From positions 329,411-393,410 of the forward strand of contig OZ287708.1 of the NCBI GenBank assembly GCA_965649825.1: 64,000 nucleotides of DNA, read 5' to 3'. This stretch comes from Penicillus capitatus. Lineage: Eukaryota; Plantae; Chlorophyta. The notes under the pieces were generated by a model. The model was not told the DNA's origin. It saw only the letters and a program-made list of their open reading frames with translations, and searched no databases. Positions 1 through 12,425 of the stretch are shown here, piece by piece; position 1 is the first letter of the stretch, and the number at the start of each line of letters is the position of its first letter. The translations under genes and the position numbers were made by a program.

Positions 1-1005
1 GCCGCTATCTCTGAACTCTGCCCCACGCCGGATTCTGCTGGCGGCAATGCTTGAATTGGAGATTTAGATGGAGGTACCGTCTCTTTAGCGGTATCCTTTG
101 AAGATTTCTTCAAGTCCTCTCCTGACGCGGTCTCCTGAGGAGTCGCCAGCTTCGGAGCAGAAGCATCTGGATTGTGTGCTGCTGGCGGCGTTATCTGATC
201 CGAATGTGGCACAGCTTCACTCGTTAGCTCTGATTTGCCCTTTGCGTCATCTTCCACCTTCCTGTCCATTTTCCCTCCATTCTCCTCTGGAACATCGCCG
301 GAAGCGGTTTGTCTTTCTTCAGATCCTGGCGGAATGTCTTCCTCGTCTTCGGCATCGTCTGTCACTGTCGCCTCTTCAGAAACAGATGCAGTCGCCATCG
401 AGCTTGTTGGTTCTGGTCTTGTTTTATTGTCAACTTCTTGCCTCCCTTGCGTAGCACGTTGCTTTTCGTCTGTGTATGTCAACATGGCCGTCATCTGAGC
501 AACAACAGCATTTTTGTACCATAATGATATGATGGCGTGTGTCTACGGATCGGGTGAGATGCTCCTGTTCGATCTGCCACATGTTTTTGTTTCGCTTTGC
601 CTCCAACGAAGACATCATAACGTCAAAATGCAATGATTTCTTCAGCATCTGCATAAAGGCATCCATACTTTAAACACCCTCGCACTCCACCATTCTCACA
701 TTCTCTATCTTTTGGCAATGAAATACATAATCCTGATTGTTCTTCGGAATTGAGGGCTTCGAGAACGGCACATGTGTTGCCTTGTCCTCGTCATCGCCAT
801 CTCCGAGAAAGAAATCAGATTCGCTTCGCGTGTCGGAATTCGTCGACGAAGCGTCGCTGCTGAACGGCGACTCCAACGCTGATGCATAAGCCGTCGTCGC
901 CGTCTCGACACTGTAGACTGAGGCTTCTTCTGCTTCTTTCTCTGCCCATCTCTCGACGGAGCTATTGCACGAGTCCTCCGAATCCGCTACGCCCATCACG
1001 CCCAT
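1..1005 (-). CDS. Hypothetical protein, acidic/low-complexity, at least 3 exons, runs off the left edge of the window
   Basis: ATG at 1005 (MGVMGVADS...). A GTGAGA..TGCAG intron removes the in-frame TAA at 670-672 (KIEN|MLKK). After a second intron the frame stays open to position 1 (MTAMLTYTDEKQ...SSEIA). No family recognised. Confidence 0.6.
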
Positions 1006-1139
1006 CACAGCCGATGCACCAAACGTACACACCTTACAAATATAAACCCCCAGGCCGAGACGCGAGGGTAGAACGAAAAGATCCACTTCTTCGCGCTCTC
1101 CTTCCATCATTTTGAAAAATGCGTAAAGAATGATAGTGG

Positions 1140-1688
1140 CTAGAATCCATGATTCTCTTCTGTCCATTTATCGCCCATTAAGGGCTCAGGAGTGGCGGAC
1201 AATGTCCCCGATGCGCCCTTCCATTCGGTGACTCCCAGTGAATATCCCCAATCACTTTGGGTTTCGATCACGACGTCGCTTGTCGGCCGTGCCATACACA
1301 GTAATGCCATGCCGTCTTCGATCTCGTCCTCACTCAATGTAAATGTGAGATCAGGAATGTCGCTCATATCAACAGTGCCTTTAACGATGCGTCCCACACA
1401 TGCGCCGCAAATGCCTCCTCGACATGTACAGGGCAGATCCAGTCCTTGCTCTTCAGCCTGGATCAGAATATACTCGTCGCCCGTCATGCGGCACTCCGTC
1501 TGTTGGCCATTTTTTCCGAGAAATGTTGCTGTGAAGTGTTTGGCCTTCGATGCGTCGGATGGAGGCTTAGGAAGTGCGACTTTGTCGCGACAGAACTCCG
1601 TTTCTTCTGTTCCAGCTCGAAAACGAGACGGCTTGCGTGATCGGTAGATCGCCAGTCGGTGAGTGAAAGGCCGTGTCAGGGAGGCCAT
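1140..1688 (-). CDS. Plastid-type [2Fe-2S] ferredoxin with transit peptide and C-terminal extension
   Basis: Single ORF of 182 aa. Motif C-RGGI-C-GA-C...LL-C-MARPTSDVVIET; Arg/Ser-rich N-terminus; TGTAA on the minus strand at about 1034-1038. Confidence 0.92.
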   Translation of the reverse strand: MASLTRPFTHRLAIYRSRKPSRFRAGTEETEFCRDKVALPKPPSDASKAKHFTATFLGKNGQQTECRMTGDEYILIQAEEQGLDLPCTCRGGICGACVGRIVKGTVDMSDIPDLTFTLSEDEIEDGMALLCMARPTSDVVIETQSDWGYSLGVTEWKGASGTLSATPEPLMGDKWTEENHGF

Positions 1689-1805
1689 TGCGCAGGTAAG
1701 GGGTGAACAGACGAGAGCACTCTTTTGTCGACTGTTCTATCGTCTGATGGGATTGGGTCACGTCGTGACTTGTACATACCATCGAAACCCACTCGAAAGC
1801 GCGTC

Positions 1806-2987
1806 ATGTCGTATCCGATGCTGCGTCTCGGCGTTGCGTCTCTCCCGACGCGGCCTCCGTTAGCTCGCCGCAGTCGACGAAGGAAACGGCGATGCGTCAA
1901 AATTCGTGCGGCGATCGAAACCGCATCGACTCCGTGGACGGCCCAACGATTGAAACATGTCGTCGAGGCGCAGCAGTTTTGCAAGTCGTCGCTCAAGACG
2001 ATCTTCGAAACGGCGATAGAGATGGAGCATGTCAAACGCGGTACGCTTGAATCGAAGCAACTCGAGGGATATCTCATGGCGACGCTGTTCTATGAGCCAT
2101 CGACCCGCACACGCCTTTCCTTCGAATCCGCCATGACTCGCCTTGGCGGAACCGTTCTTACGACAGAGAGCGCTGGTGAATACTCTTCTGCTGCCAAAGG
2201 AGAAACGCTAGAAGGTATGATCTCACACTTTTCGATGCGATCTTTGACGTGACGTCTGCAGATACGATTCGGACGATCGAGAGCTATTCGGATGTCATCG
2301 TCCTGCGCCACCATCTCGCAGGATCGGCCAAAATCGCCGCTGCTGCTGCATCGGTGCCGATTCTGAATGCAGGCGACGGTCCAGGGCAACATCCGACACA
2401 GGCTCTATTGGATGTGTACACCATTCAGCGAGAGATCGGCAGATTGGATGACTTCTCCATTGGTATGGTTGGCGATCTTGCTAATGGTCGGACCGTGCGA
2501 TCTCTGGCATATCTCCTCTCCATGCACCAGAATGTGAAGATGTACTTCGTCGCTCCAGACGTCGTCCGCATGAAAGACGATATCAAGACCTTCCTCACCA
2601 AAGCCGGAGTGAAATGGGAAGAGGTGGACGATTTGAAAGAGATCGCGGCTGAAGTCGATGTCTTGTATCAAACTCGAATCCAGAAAGAGAGATTTCAGGA
2701 CCGACCGGAAGACTACGAACGTGCCAAAGGGAAGTACATCATCGATGGCGAATTCATGAAAATTCTCTCAGAACATGCCGTCATCATGCATCCCTTGCCC
2801 CGAGTCGATGAGGTCCTGTCTGATCAGCTTGCTGTTCGACAGCAAATCACTCAGTGCGGTTTGTTTGTTCGTGCAGATCAGCACAGAAGTAGATAGCGAT
2901 CCGAGAGCAGCCTACTTTAGACAAGCGCGAAATGGGCTGTTTATTCGAATGGCGTTGCTAAGGCTGTGTTTGCTTGGGACAAGTTGA
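1806..2987 (+). CDS. pyrB: Aspartate carbamoyltransferase, plastid-targeted; exons 1806-2214, 2262-2812, 2877-2987
   Basis: Motifs [29 protein letters not shown] and MHPLPR; two GT-AG introns (47 and 64 nt) join the three ORFs in frame. Confidence 0.97.
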
Positions 2988-3247
2988 TCTGTTACGCAGC
3001 TCTTTGCCGTCTTTACATAACTACAGTCAGATGCAGCGTCCAGGGAATCTTTTGATGTGACGGTTTCATCATTGTCCATTGGTAGAGGAGGTTTACAAAA
3101 CTACCAGTGCTGTCAGTCAGGATGCGATGAATTTTACTACACGAGCGACACTATTTCACCCACTCATGCAAAGCAAAGAAATGTACACGATTGATTGAGT
3201 GAATGAGACACGATTCCAACAGCTCGTTGGACAAAATGCTCGAAGCT

Positions 3248-5472
3248 TCATTTCTCACTCTGAACAGTCGCGTTTGTGTGACTGACCCGGAGCGACTTGA
3301 TGGCTGACCCATCTCGGGCCTTCGAAGACAGCACTGTTTTCTTTCTTCTTTTTGTTGATGTGACAGCTCTTTTTGTTTGACGCGTCACGAACTTCTTCCC
3401 TCCTAAAACAGACAGGTTTGCCCAATAGTATTGAAAAATGAGCGTGCCTTGAGGTTTAGCTGTGGTGTTCTTTTTATTTGCACAGACTAAGGGAATGCAT
3501 TCCCATAAGTCTTGTCCTCTCTCATTCTTTCCAGTGCAGCGAAAGATATTGGTGGATTTCTTTAAACACGTGACGATATGAGCTAGACCACTATCTTCAT
3601 CGCTGAATGTTTTTGTCGCATCCCATCCAGGCCACAGCTCAAGACCAGGATTGTCTCCAGGACCCCTTGCTGCAAGATCCAACCGGGATCGTATAGCAGA
3701 CTGCAGTTCATCCACAGTCGCCACCGGTTTTCCCAAAAATGTGAAGGCCATCTAACCACACCAGACGATGCCATTCGCCCCATCGATGCCGGAACGCGTC
3801 TGCATACCTCAACAGTGTTCTCCCAGGTTGGAGCAGACATGCGATCTGATGTAGGTAATAGAGGGCAAGAGGCGGGCAAAGCAGTGTTCTCATTGGGCAG
3901 AAATTCGAGTCCTGCATCTTCCAAAATGCGATAAACATCACTAACATCATCTCTGTCAGACGACATCATGCTATCAGAAGGATGCAAATCCCTAACAGCA
4001 CATGAACGAAACATCATCTGGATGATCATCTGTATTCTACGCATACCGATCCAGTGAGGAAAGAAAAGGATCATTGAACCCAGGCACCAAAAGAAGGCAG
4101 GTTGCATCCGACAGGCCATCTTCTGATCGTTGGGCGATAATGCGATTGGAGGGTGCTGTGTTGACTTTAGCATTTCTTGGCGGTGCAGATGGCAAAGAGG
4201 AAAGAGCTTTGGTCAGTTTGCTCTTGTCCTTAGCTTGATGCTGCTGCTTCCTTCCTCTTGCATTCCCTTTCTTAGAGGTAGCGACATTGCTCGTAGCTTT
4301 TTTTCTTGTTCTGGATTTGGTCACGCCTTTTGTGGAAGGACAACTTTTCCCTGAACATTCAACAGCCACTTAGGCCATATGCATACAAGGAGTGAGCAAG
4401 ATCGTGGATACCTACCTTTCTTTTGTGACTTTTTGGGCGTTTCAGCCGAAGGTTGTTTTTCTGGACAGAGCAACTGATCCATAAAGTCCAAAATCGACTG
4501 CGCTTCATCGCCAATCTCAACGTCGAACATCTCTTGAGAAGTTGGCCAGAGATCTTGTTTTGTCACAGGGGCTTCCTTGATCTCGGCCAATTCGATTGGC
4601 CCACTGCCCCTTAAAACGCGTTCTCCATCACTCGCCACGAAACGCGGCGTCGGAATCATCATGCCACACGGATTCTGATACATAGATTCTTGGGGCGATG
4701 ATCTCACACTGAACAGACTGGCTTCTTGAGAGAATCCAACAGGGCAATGCAGAGAATTGAGCGGATCGTCAAAGTAATCGACCATCAGATGATCCGAACG
4801 AGAGCCATAGTTATGTGTGTTCGGCATAGGTGTCACATTTATCGAGTCTGTAAATGATTGGGAGTACAGCTGGGTCGGATACATCGCATTTCCCAAATTC
4901 TGGTATCTGAGAGAACCCAGACTTGTCACATCAAAGTTCGATCTCTGCATCGGGTGAGGAAGGAAGCTGCCCTCCACTATGCGCCCCTTGAGATCCAGTG
5001 CATTTCTATCGAGGTCGCGTCCAGTCAGTCCAGGTGGAGTTTGGATGTGGTGTAATGTTGCGGGGTAGAGTGGCGGCAGTGCCATCGGAACATTATCACA
5101 AGGCATCGACAGCGAATAGCTGGAAACACCAATCGAGCGTCCAAACGCACTTGTCGCCATCGAAGGTGCCTTCAGTAGAGGACACATCTCTCCAGAGAAC
5201 GTCATCGACGACGCCGTGTGTTGTACAGGGTGTCGCACCAGCAAACGAGCCTTCGGGACATGTTCCAATTCCATCATGTTCCCACACATCGTTGCGTCTG
5301 GGGGACGATGCGGCGCCGTCGGACACGGCTCGGGCACGCGGGTCGCAGGCAGGCCTACAGGCGTCGCTAAAGTGAAGGGGCGGCTGAAAAATGGCTTTAC
5401 CGTTTTGGCGTGGGTGGTATCCAGGCGGATACCGTGTAAAGAGTCTGGCAAGATCTTGGTCGGGTTCAGCAA
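3248..5472 (-). CDS. Hypothetical protein, about 4 exons; long Pro/Ser/Met-rich region, basic KR-rich segment and a globular-looking C-terminal domain (start codon uncertain)
   Basis: ORFs 4321-5472, 4037-4369, 3583-4173 and 3248-3751 can be joined by GT-AG introns (KKG|KSC, ENTVE|MAFTF); TGTAA on the minus strand at about 3013-3017. Confidence 0.6.
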
Positions 5473-5906
5473 TCACACTTCCTCTGAGAACAGTACACGC
5501 CGAAGGCCCAAGCAAGCTTGGCGGCAGTTCTGTTGAGGGACGGTTTGCTGTTGCACGTGGCGCTTGGACAGCGTCGCGTTCTGACACGAAGCTTTGCATA
5601 TTTTTAACCGTGGCGTCGAAATTTCGTCGAAGAGATATAGGAACGGTCGATGAAGCGGGAATGGAACGCACGCGCAAAAACAGTGCAGATACACACGTCA
5701 CGTCAAGATCCTACGATTCAGACAACGATCGACAACAGCGCCGCCGCACGTTCGACCTATGTACATGCATAATCGCGGATGGATCCATTCTGCGTGTAGC
5801 GCATGGCATCGACCTCGAAGACTGCGATCGGTACACCGGACAAAGAAGACGGCCATGTGTTTCCAACACTGGCTGCGTGACGCCATCACATCCCGACTGT
5901 TCATGC

Positions 5907-7336
5907 ATGAGTTGGCTCGACAGATACGAACTGAGCAAACGCGCTCTGGAAGAGGCAAAGGCGACACTGAAGAAAACGACGGAGGAGAACGAACGACTTA
6001 CAACGCAATGCGATACAGTGGAGAAGGAAACGTATGTCATCGTTGAAGCGCTGCGCCGAGATCTCAACAGAAAAGATGAAGAGATCCAGACACTCCATGA
6101 ACGCATCCAAGCTGTCGACTGCTGCTGTGCCCAGCCTTACCTCCGACACTCCTTGTTTGTTCTCAGGTTCGTGAGGAATGTGCCGATGAGCTGGCGACGT
6201 TCAGAGACGCGGCAGCCAACGAGCGACGTCGGTTGGAGAAAGAGAGTTCGGAACTTGCGTGTCAACTGCGCGAGCGTGTCGTTATCGAATGGCGCTTTTT
6301 GTTGGGGGATGCCACTTGCTGTTTAGATCAAGGATCTAGAAAAGCAGCTTGAGGCAGTACAGGAGTTCCGAGAGCGGCAGAGCGAGATGGAACAAGTGGT
6401 TTACCACTTTCAAAACGAGAAGAAGGCCATTGAAGCGAGACGTGACAAAGAGATCCGTAGACTCCACGAAGAGTTCTTCGAAGAGACACGCCGTCTCAAA
6501 TGTGATCATGCAGATCAGCTGGAAAAGCAAAGAATCGAAACAGAAAAGGCCTATGACAAGTCCCTCGATGATCGTATAAAGCACATTCTCTTTCAGAATC
6601 GCAGTTTGTGTATGGAATTGAATCTGCATAAGAGAGTGACGCGCACGACTACCGCCTGGAAACATGTGAAGCTGGATCTGTGATGCAGGAGACGGATGTG
6701 CTGCAGCATGAGGTGAAGAGGCTAGAATTGGAACGTCTGCAGCTGTCGGAGGAAGTTCAGTTTCGAAATGATCTCGAGAAGGGCTATGCCAAACGCAGTG
6801 CGGAGCAGCAGACACGCCTCAAGACACTGAAAGCACGATCGTCGGCCTTGGAGCAAAGCATGCAGCAGGTTCTATCCCAGACGGCTGCACAGCAGAAAGA
6901 GTGGGCACGCAAGCATGCAAGGCAGATGGAAGATGCAGCTCTGGAAACGACAGCACTCAAGAAACTTGCAATTGCACAGAGCAAAGAGAATCGTCGTCTG
7001 CGAGGCCTTGCTCAGGAAGTGCTTATGCAGCGTAACGATGTGGAGAGATTTCTGCTCTCCAGCATCTATTCGGTGCCCCAATGAAATACAATCAAATAAA
7101 AAAGCGTATCTCCTCTGTGCTTAAAGGTGAGGAAAGAGATGCTAGCAGAAGGAAGTGGAAAGGGATCGAAGGTTGACATAGAGAAATGCAGTGTGAAGAT
7201 CGAAGACATGAGCTGGGCTGACAAGGAGAGAGTCTTGAAAATTTTGCTCTCTCGACTTAGAGGGAAGAGTGACGGAGAACGGAATGACAGATGGATAGGC
7301 TCACAGTCAAACGAAGGCCGTGTTGTGCCGACATGA
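5907..7336 (+). CDS. BBOF1: Basal body-orientation factor 1 (CCDC176/DUF4515)-like coiled-coil protein, about 5 exons
   Basis: Coiled-coil exons joined by short GT-AG introns; C-terminal VKIEDMSWADKERVLKILLSRL resembles the BBOF1 C-terminal motif (recognised from memory); TGTAA at 7374-7378. Confidence 0.75.
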
Positions 7337-8305
7337 ATCACATGATCTCGTTTACAATGCAAGATTAGTGTCATGTAAATCAATAGAATACCGTCGTCGA
7401 TGTCACCTGTGAACAAGTGTACACCCATTAGCGAAGACAACATCAGTTAATGACACGCGTCTCGATGACGATCGAGATCGGGAGTTTATTCCTTTGACGC
7501 CTCGCAGAAGAAGAATCGATAGCTTCTAAATTGAACGAACAGATAGGCGCCGCGATCGGTAGAGGACGAGAGTGCAAAGATTGTTACACAATAGACAGCC
7601 GAGGGGCTTGTATCCTCAACAGGGAACGTCCGACGCAAAATGAAAAACCAACATTCCTCGCCAACCCAACAATAGGAAAGGCGTTAGACAGAGACACAGA
7701 ATACCCTATTCAAATCAATTTGTTAAAAGATAGACTTCTGATGTTGCTAGCATATAAAAAAGCTCACTGACATATTGGCAGTCAAATTGCTGCTGCAATA
7801 CCTCGCATTTGATCGGGTACAGAACATCGTTAGATTTCTTTGTCTGTACGAGTGCTTCCAAAGATGATAGAATCGAGTCGTCTTTTGAAATACGATCCTT
7901 CAAATCCTCTCAAAAAGTTTCTATGCCAAGTAGCAGGGTTGTACTTGACGACTTGTATGGCTGTTGTAAGTAGCAGAACAGACAAACGATTAATCAATAC
8001 AACTTGGATCTCAATCGACTACAATCAATCAAGGCAATCAATCCGATAGACAGCGATCGATCGACTCGATTTTTATTTCGATTCACAGCGAGCATTTTAT
8101 CGACCGATTTGGATTACGATGGAAGGCGATCGATCAAAGCAGTCAGATAAACGCGCTCGGTTGACGCGAAGTCCGATAAGAATCGAAGCCAATTGCCAAT
8201 GTCTTCACGTAGAAGAACACTTCTGTCGTTCGTCATGAAGTCTACAATTAAATACTCTTGTCGACAAAGTGTCATCGACGAAATTCGAATTCGTCGTTCG
8301 ATGCA

Positions 8306-9339
8306 TTATCGTTTCACTTGTTTAAGCTTATCGTCCACATCTGGTTTCTCTCTTCCATATAAGTCCAGCTGCGGGATCCTGTCGCCTGACTGCTGCTCAA
8401 GAGAGGACTGTACTGGCGGTCGCACACTTACATCATCGATTTTTGGTTCCAGAGCATCATACAGCACAAGGAGCAGAGAAATCTAAAGCAGTTGCCGCGT
8501 GACAGCTCTCTTGAGAAATGGGGATAACCTTGTACGAAAGAAATCCGATCAATACACATCCTCGATCGGCAAAAGAAAAACCATCCTCCAACACACCATC
8601 CAAAACCCTGTATTCACTCTTTTCCGCATCAAGAGAGGGGGAACTGTGTACCTGGTGATCAGAGCAATGGCGACTAGAACCAGAAGTCTTGGCTGCAAAC
8701 TCTGTCGATAGTGTGCAAAGATGCTGGCCGCACCCTTCAACCATCCTTCCTTCATCTTTAAATGACAGACAGGATGTTCAATGCCATGATGTGACAGAAC
8801 AAACCTCCTTTGCTCTCTGCAATGGAATCTGACGTAGATGCGCAAGTTGATCGACATCCCTCATTAACCACAACAGGTAGACATAGCTTCCTATGCTCCC
8901 AAGTCCAGATGCAAGACCAGCCTGAAAAACTGACAATATGATGATTTTTGCAGAGACTATCGAAAATTTATGCCTTCAGTGAAATCGTGGCACTCAGGTA
9001 AACAAGAAAGAACCCTCCAGAGAAGACAGAATTTTTCAAAATCTGGCCCTTTAGCTGTTCGTATTCTTCGATGCTAGCAGACGCAGTCGATGCGTTTTGA
9101 ACGCCTCGTAGATCGACGCGATCACGATCATCGCCGCTGCGCTTTTCTTCCAAAGAATCCGTCGATGCATAGACTTTCAGCGTTCTGAACAGATGCGATT
9201 CGACGCGTCTGTCTTGCGGCGACGTAGATCGACAAAGAGAACTGCGTCGATCGGTCGCGGTTTTGAACGTCGCTCTCTGCCCAATCCCTCGAGGAATTCG
9301 CACACTCGTACATAACATCGCCACTTTATATGAGTTCAT
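8306..9339 (-). CDS. CGL160/ATP synthase protein I (AtpI)-like plastid membrane protein, multi-exon
   Basis: Transit peptide, then EEYEQLKGQIL..YLSATISLK|AGLASGLGSIGSYVYLLWLMRDVD..YRQSLQPRLLVLV..GCVLIGFLSYK|ISLLLVLYD; stop TAA at 8306-8308. Confidence 0.7.
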
Positions 9340-9510
9340 TTTGAATTACGTCAAATCAATCACGCCATCCGTACAGTCCACAATGTCAATATGCATCTCG
9401 TCACCTTGTGGCTCTGCTCTTGGCACTTTTCGTGTAATCCACCGATCTACCGTTGACAAAGCTCAATGGTGCAAAGCAGCAATGAATGATGGTACACACC
9501 GAGAGTCTGT

Positions 9511-10435
9511 TCAGTAAACAATAGATCCTTCTGTCTTTTCTCTTTCTCCTTTGCTTGAATCCTGCGTCTTCGCATCGGCTGCCTGGGTTGAGGCCTGTGT
9601 GTCTGCGAGCAAGAAAAGAGTCACCCATGTCGTCGGCGATTGAGCCACGACGATAGATCGTACCTTGATGTAGGACCCTCCGCAGATTCTGAGATGCTGA
9701 TGCCAGCGGCAGTATTGGTCAACACATGTTTTATCGCGGATCATTCGTTTTGTGCAATCCGCTAACTGTGGCTTTCTATTAACGGACCTCTTTACCACAT
9801 CGCCACATTGCTGACATGACCACCAGTGTCGTCGGTAGTAATCTGTTTGTGCATGAAAAGAGTGATAGATGGTCACTCGATATCCCCCCTCTGGTCTCTA
9901 ACACATTCGGCATTGTTCGACACATGTTCCCATCGTCATGCTCTGGAGAACCTGGTGATCGAAAACTGAAGCCGAGTTAATGTCATGCATCATGCGTTGG
10001 AACTCTGGCCCATGAGATTCTTTGTCTTTGATCTTTTGAAGATAGATAAATGCATGTATCATTTCATGAAGGAGCGTATTTTTCAAGTCCGTCACCGACA
10101 GAAACTGCAGAGAAGTTGATTGATTGTGTGTTTGTTCATTGGAGCCGATCGACAACTGACCTTGTGCAGAGGCTCTGAAATTCGTATCTTGCATCCACCG
10201 CCTCCGTACTCACACGTTCCCGCACAACTGCAGTCGAAAAAGGACAGATGACATCGACAACAGTAGCATGCAATGGACGATACCTCGTCATGCGATGCGA
10301 ACTCCATTGGACGGAGCATGCACCCAGTTTATTTTTGAAGTAGAGCTTGCTGTAGTAGAGAAACAGAGCGTGCAGGTCGGGAAAGGGATCGATGTCTTCG
10401 GAAACGTCCATCGGAACGACATTCGTGACAGACAT
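9511..10435 (-). CDS. SprT-like (SPRTN/Spartan) zinc metalloprotease, paralog 1
   Basis: PFPDLHALF..WSSHRMT|SCAGTC..IRISEPLHK|..LLHEMIH (HExxH)..HGPEF..RHWWSCQQC..HLRICGGSYIK; GT-AG introns; the exact 3' end may include another intron. Confidence 0.9.
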
Positions 10436-10832
10436 TGTACGACGAACGCCGTGACACCGATGTTTCCACAAAAGACGTCGCTTGAGTGATCGAATGCTTC
10501 TGGCGATCGAATCGGTGACGCTATCCGTCAATACCAACAGCCGCATAGGAAGTTCCGATTAGTGGCATCGTCTGGTGTCTGGGTTCAGATCGTCGGGCCA
10601 GTCGTCCTCGCCGAAGCAGAAACGGTCCAATGTCGACTTTTTCTGTGTCCAAGAGAACGTCTGCTTAATTTTGAGCGACGAAACACCGCTACGTCGGGTT
10701 ATGCAACATTCATTATCTTCTCGTCCCGGCGAAAGCAAGTGCTAGATCACCTCTGTACAGTAGGCGAAGATAATGATTGTGTCGATAGCAAGTTGTTCGA
10801 TCGTTCCTGATACAGGAGACGTTTTCGCACGA

Positions 10833-10926
10833 GCGCGATCGATCGTAGGAATGCGCCGTCGATCCGTGCGCGATCGATCGTAGGAATGCGCCGTCGATCC
10901 GTGCGCGATCGATCGTAGGAATGCGC
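10833..10926. repeat. 35-bp tandem repeat, about 2.7 copies (GCGCGATCGATCGTAGGAATGCGCCGTCGATCCGT)
   Basis: Exact units at 10833 and 10868, partial unit at 10903. Confidence 0.95.
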
Positions 10927-11050
10927 ATATTGCAAGCGCAAATATTCGTGGCTTTTCGACATATCCGGTCAAGACCCCCTCCGCTATCATCCACATGAGT
11001 GCACCGATTCCGCTTTTCCTAAAATCTGTCCCCCTTGTCGCCGACTTTTT

Positions 11051-12010
11051 TTAGTCATCCGTCTTCTGCCGATCAAGAGACGACTCTGCATGACAGATTC
11101 TCAAAAACTGCCCAGAGAGCAAGTCTTGTCCACCAGGAAGACGATATCTCGTTGGTTTGTTCTTTCTTCGTTTCTTAAGTGGCGATGTGACCGACGACAA
11201 CAACATCCTCTTCGACTTTGACGCTGGTCCCCGAACCTGATGACGTTCGATTGATCATTATCGTTTCGGAGAAGGCGACCTTTATGTACTCTCCGCCACA
11301 TGTTTCGAGATGTCGATGCCAGGGACAGTACTGATCGTAACACTCTCCGTTCTTAATATTCACTCGGGCGCAGTCGGCCGATTGAGGCTTCCGATTCACA
11401 GCACGTTTCGCCTCATTACCACACTTCTCGCACCGCCACCAGTGCTTCCTGTAGAATTCGCTCTCTTCCTCGAACTCGTGAAACACAGTGATGCTGTATC
11501 CCTCTTCCGGTCTCTAAAGAAACTCATCCATCGGCGTTCATACAGCCCAGGCGAATAACGTGTTCGTCAGGGAAGGCGGCTTCGTTAATGTAGTGCATCT
11601 GTCTAATGAACTCGGGTCCGTGGCCATCTTTGTCGTCGATTTTGTTCAGAAACATCGAAGCGTGAATCATCTCATGCAGCAGTGTGTTCTTCACGTCGTT
11701 GACGGGCCTCAACTACGAAGCGATTGTCTGATAGAGCAGTTCAGCGTGTCTCTCGGGTCAGCTAACCTTGTGTAATGGCTCCGAAATGCGGATGATGCAT
11801 CCACGATTTTTATCATAGCGACAGTGGCCCGCACAACTACATCCGATACGATGCATGCATGTAGCAAGGAGAGAGGGGCGAAAAGAACCTCGTCATGCGT
11901 TCCGTGCTCCATTCGACTTTGCAGGAGCGAAGTCGTTTGGCGAAATATACATCGTTGTAGTGCAAGAAAAGCGTCTGAAGATCTGGCTTGGATCTAGTGT
12001 CGTTCGCCAT
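11051..12010 (-). CDS. SprT-like (SPRTN/Spartan) zinc metalloprotease, paralog 2
   Basis: ATG at 12010 MANDTRSKPDLQTLF..WSTERMT|SCAGHC..IRISEPLHK|LRPVNDVKNTLLHEMIH..RKHWWRCEKC..CGGEYIK|VRGP..PLKKRRKNK; the last exon is inferred from a GT-AG intron. Confidence 0.88.
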
Positions 12011-12425
12011 GTCAAATGAAGGAACGGTTATAAGCGTCTCGCCGATTTTTCACACAGCGTCCATAAACGCGTATCCCCGAAGCCGTTATGAAGTGACAAA
12101 CCGGTATGGACAGTACGCTTCATAGTGAACTTCTTTGTGTCGTAAAAGGTTTACCAACAGTCAACGAGACGCGCATTGTTTAGTGATCCCGAAATGAGGG
12201 TCGCACGTTTGAGAGGCATGCTGCCAACGAATACTCGGCCATGAGAAGAATGCAACTCATCCTTGCACGAGAGATGGCGTGCGGTTTTGCCAGACTGAAT
12301 TTCGCATGACATTCAACGGGTGTTCATCGCATTGATGTGACGATTACATCGTGAAGAGGCATCCAGCGGCGGACTGTTCAATCTTCACACTGCGCCGTCG
12401 ACCGATACGGAATCGATGACACAAG

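Noticed and set aside
664-672. In-frame TAA between two collinear ORFs, suggesting readthrough or the TAR=Gln code of some ulvophytes
   Set aside because: A ~51-nt GTGAGA..TGCAG intron removes it, and conserved genes here end at TAA/TAG normally.
5391-5906. N-terminal extension of the 311-aa ORF upstream of BBOF1
   Set aside because: Not coiled-coil and overlaps the divergent gene start; more likely promoter or UTR.
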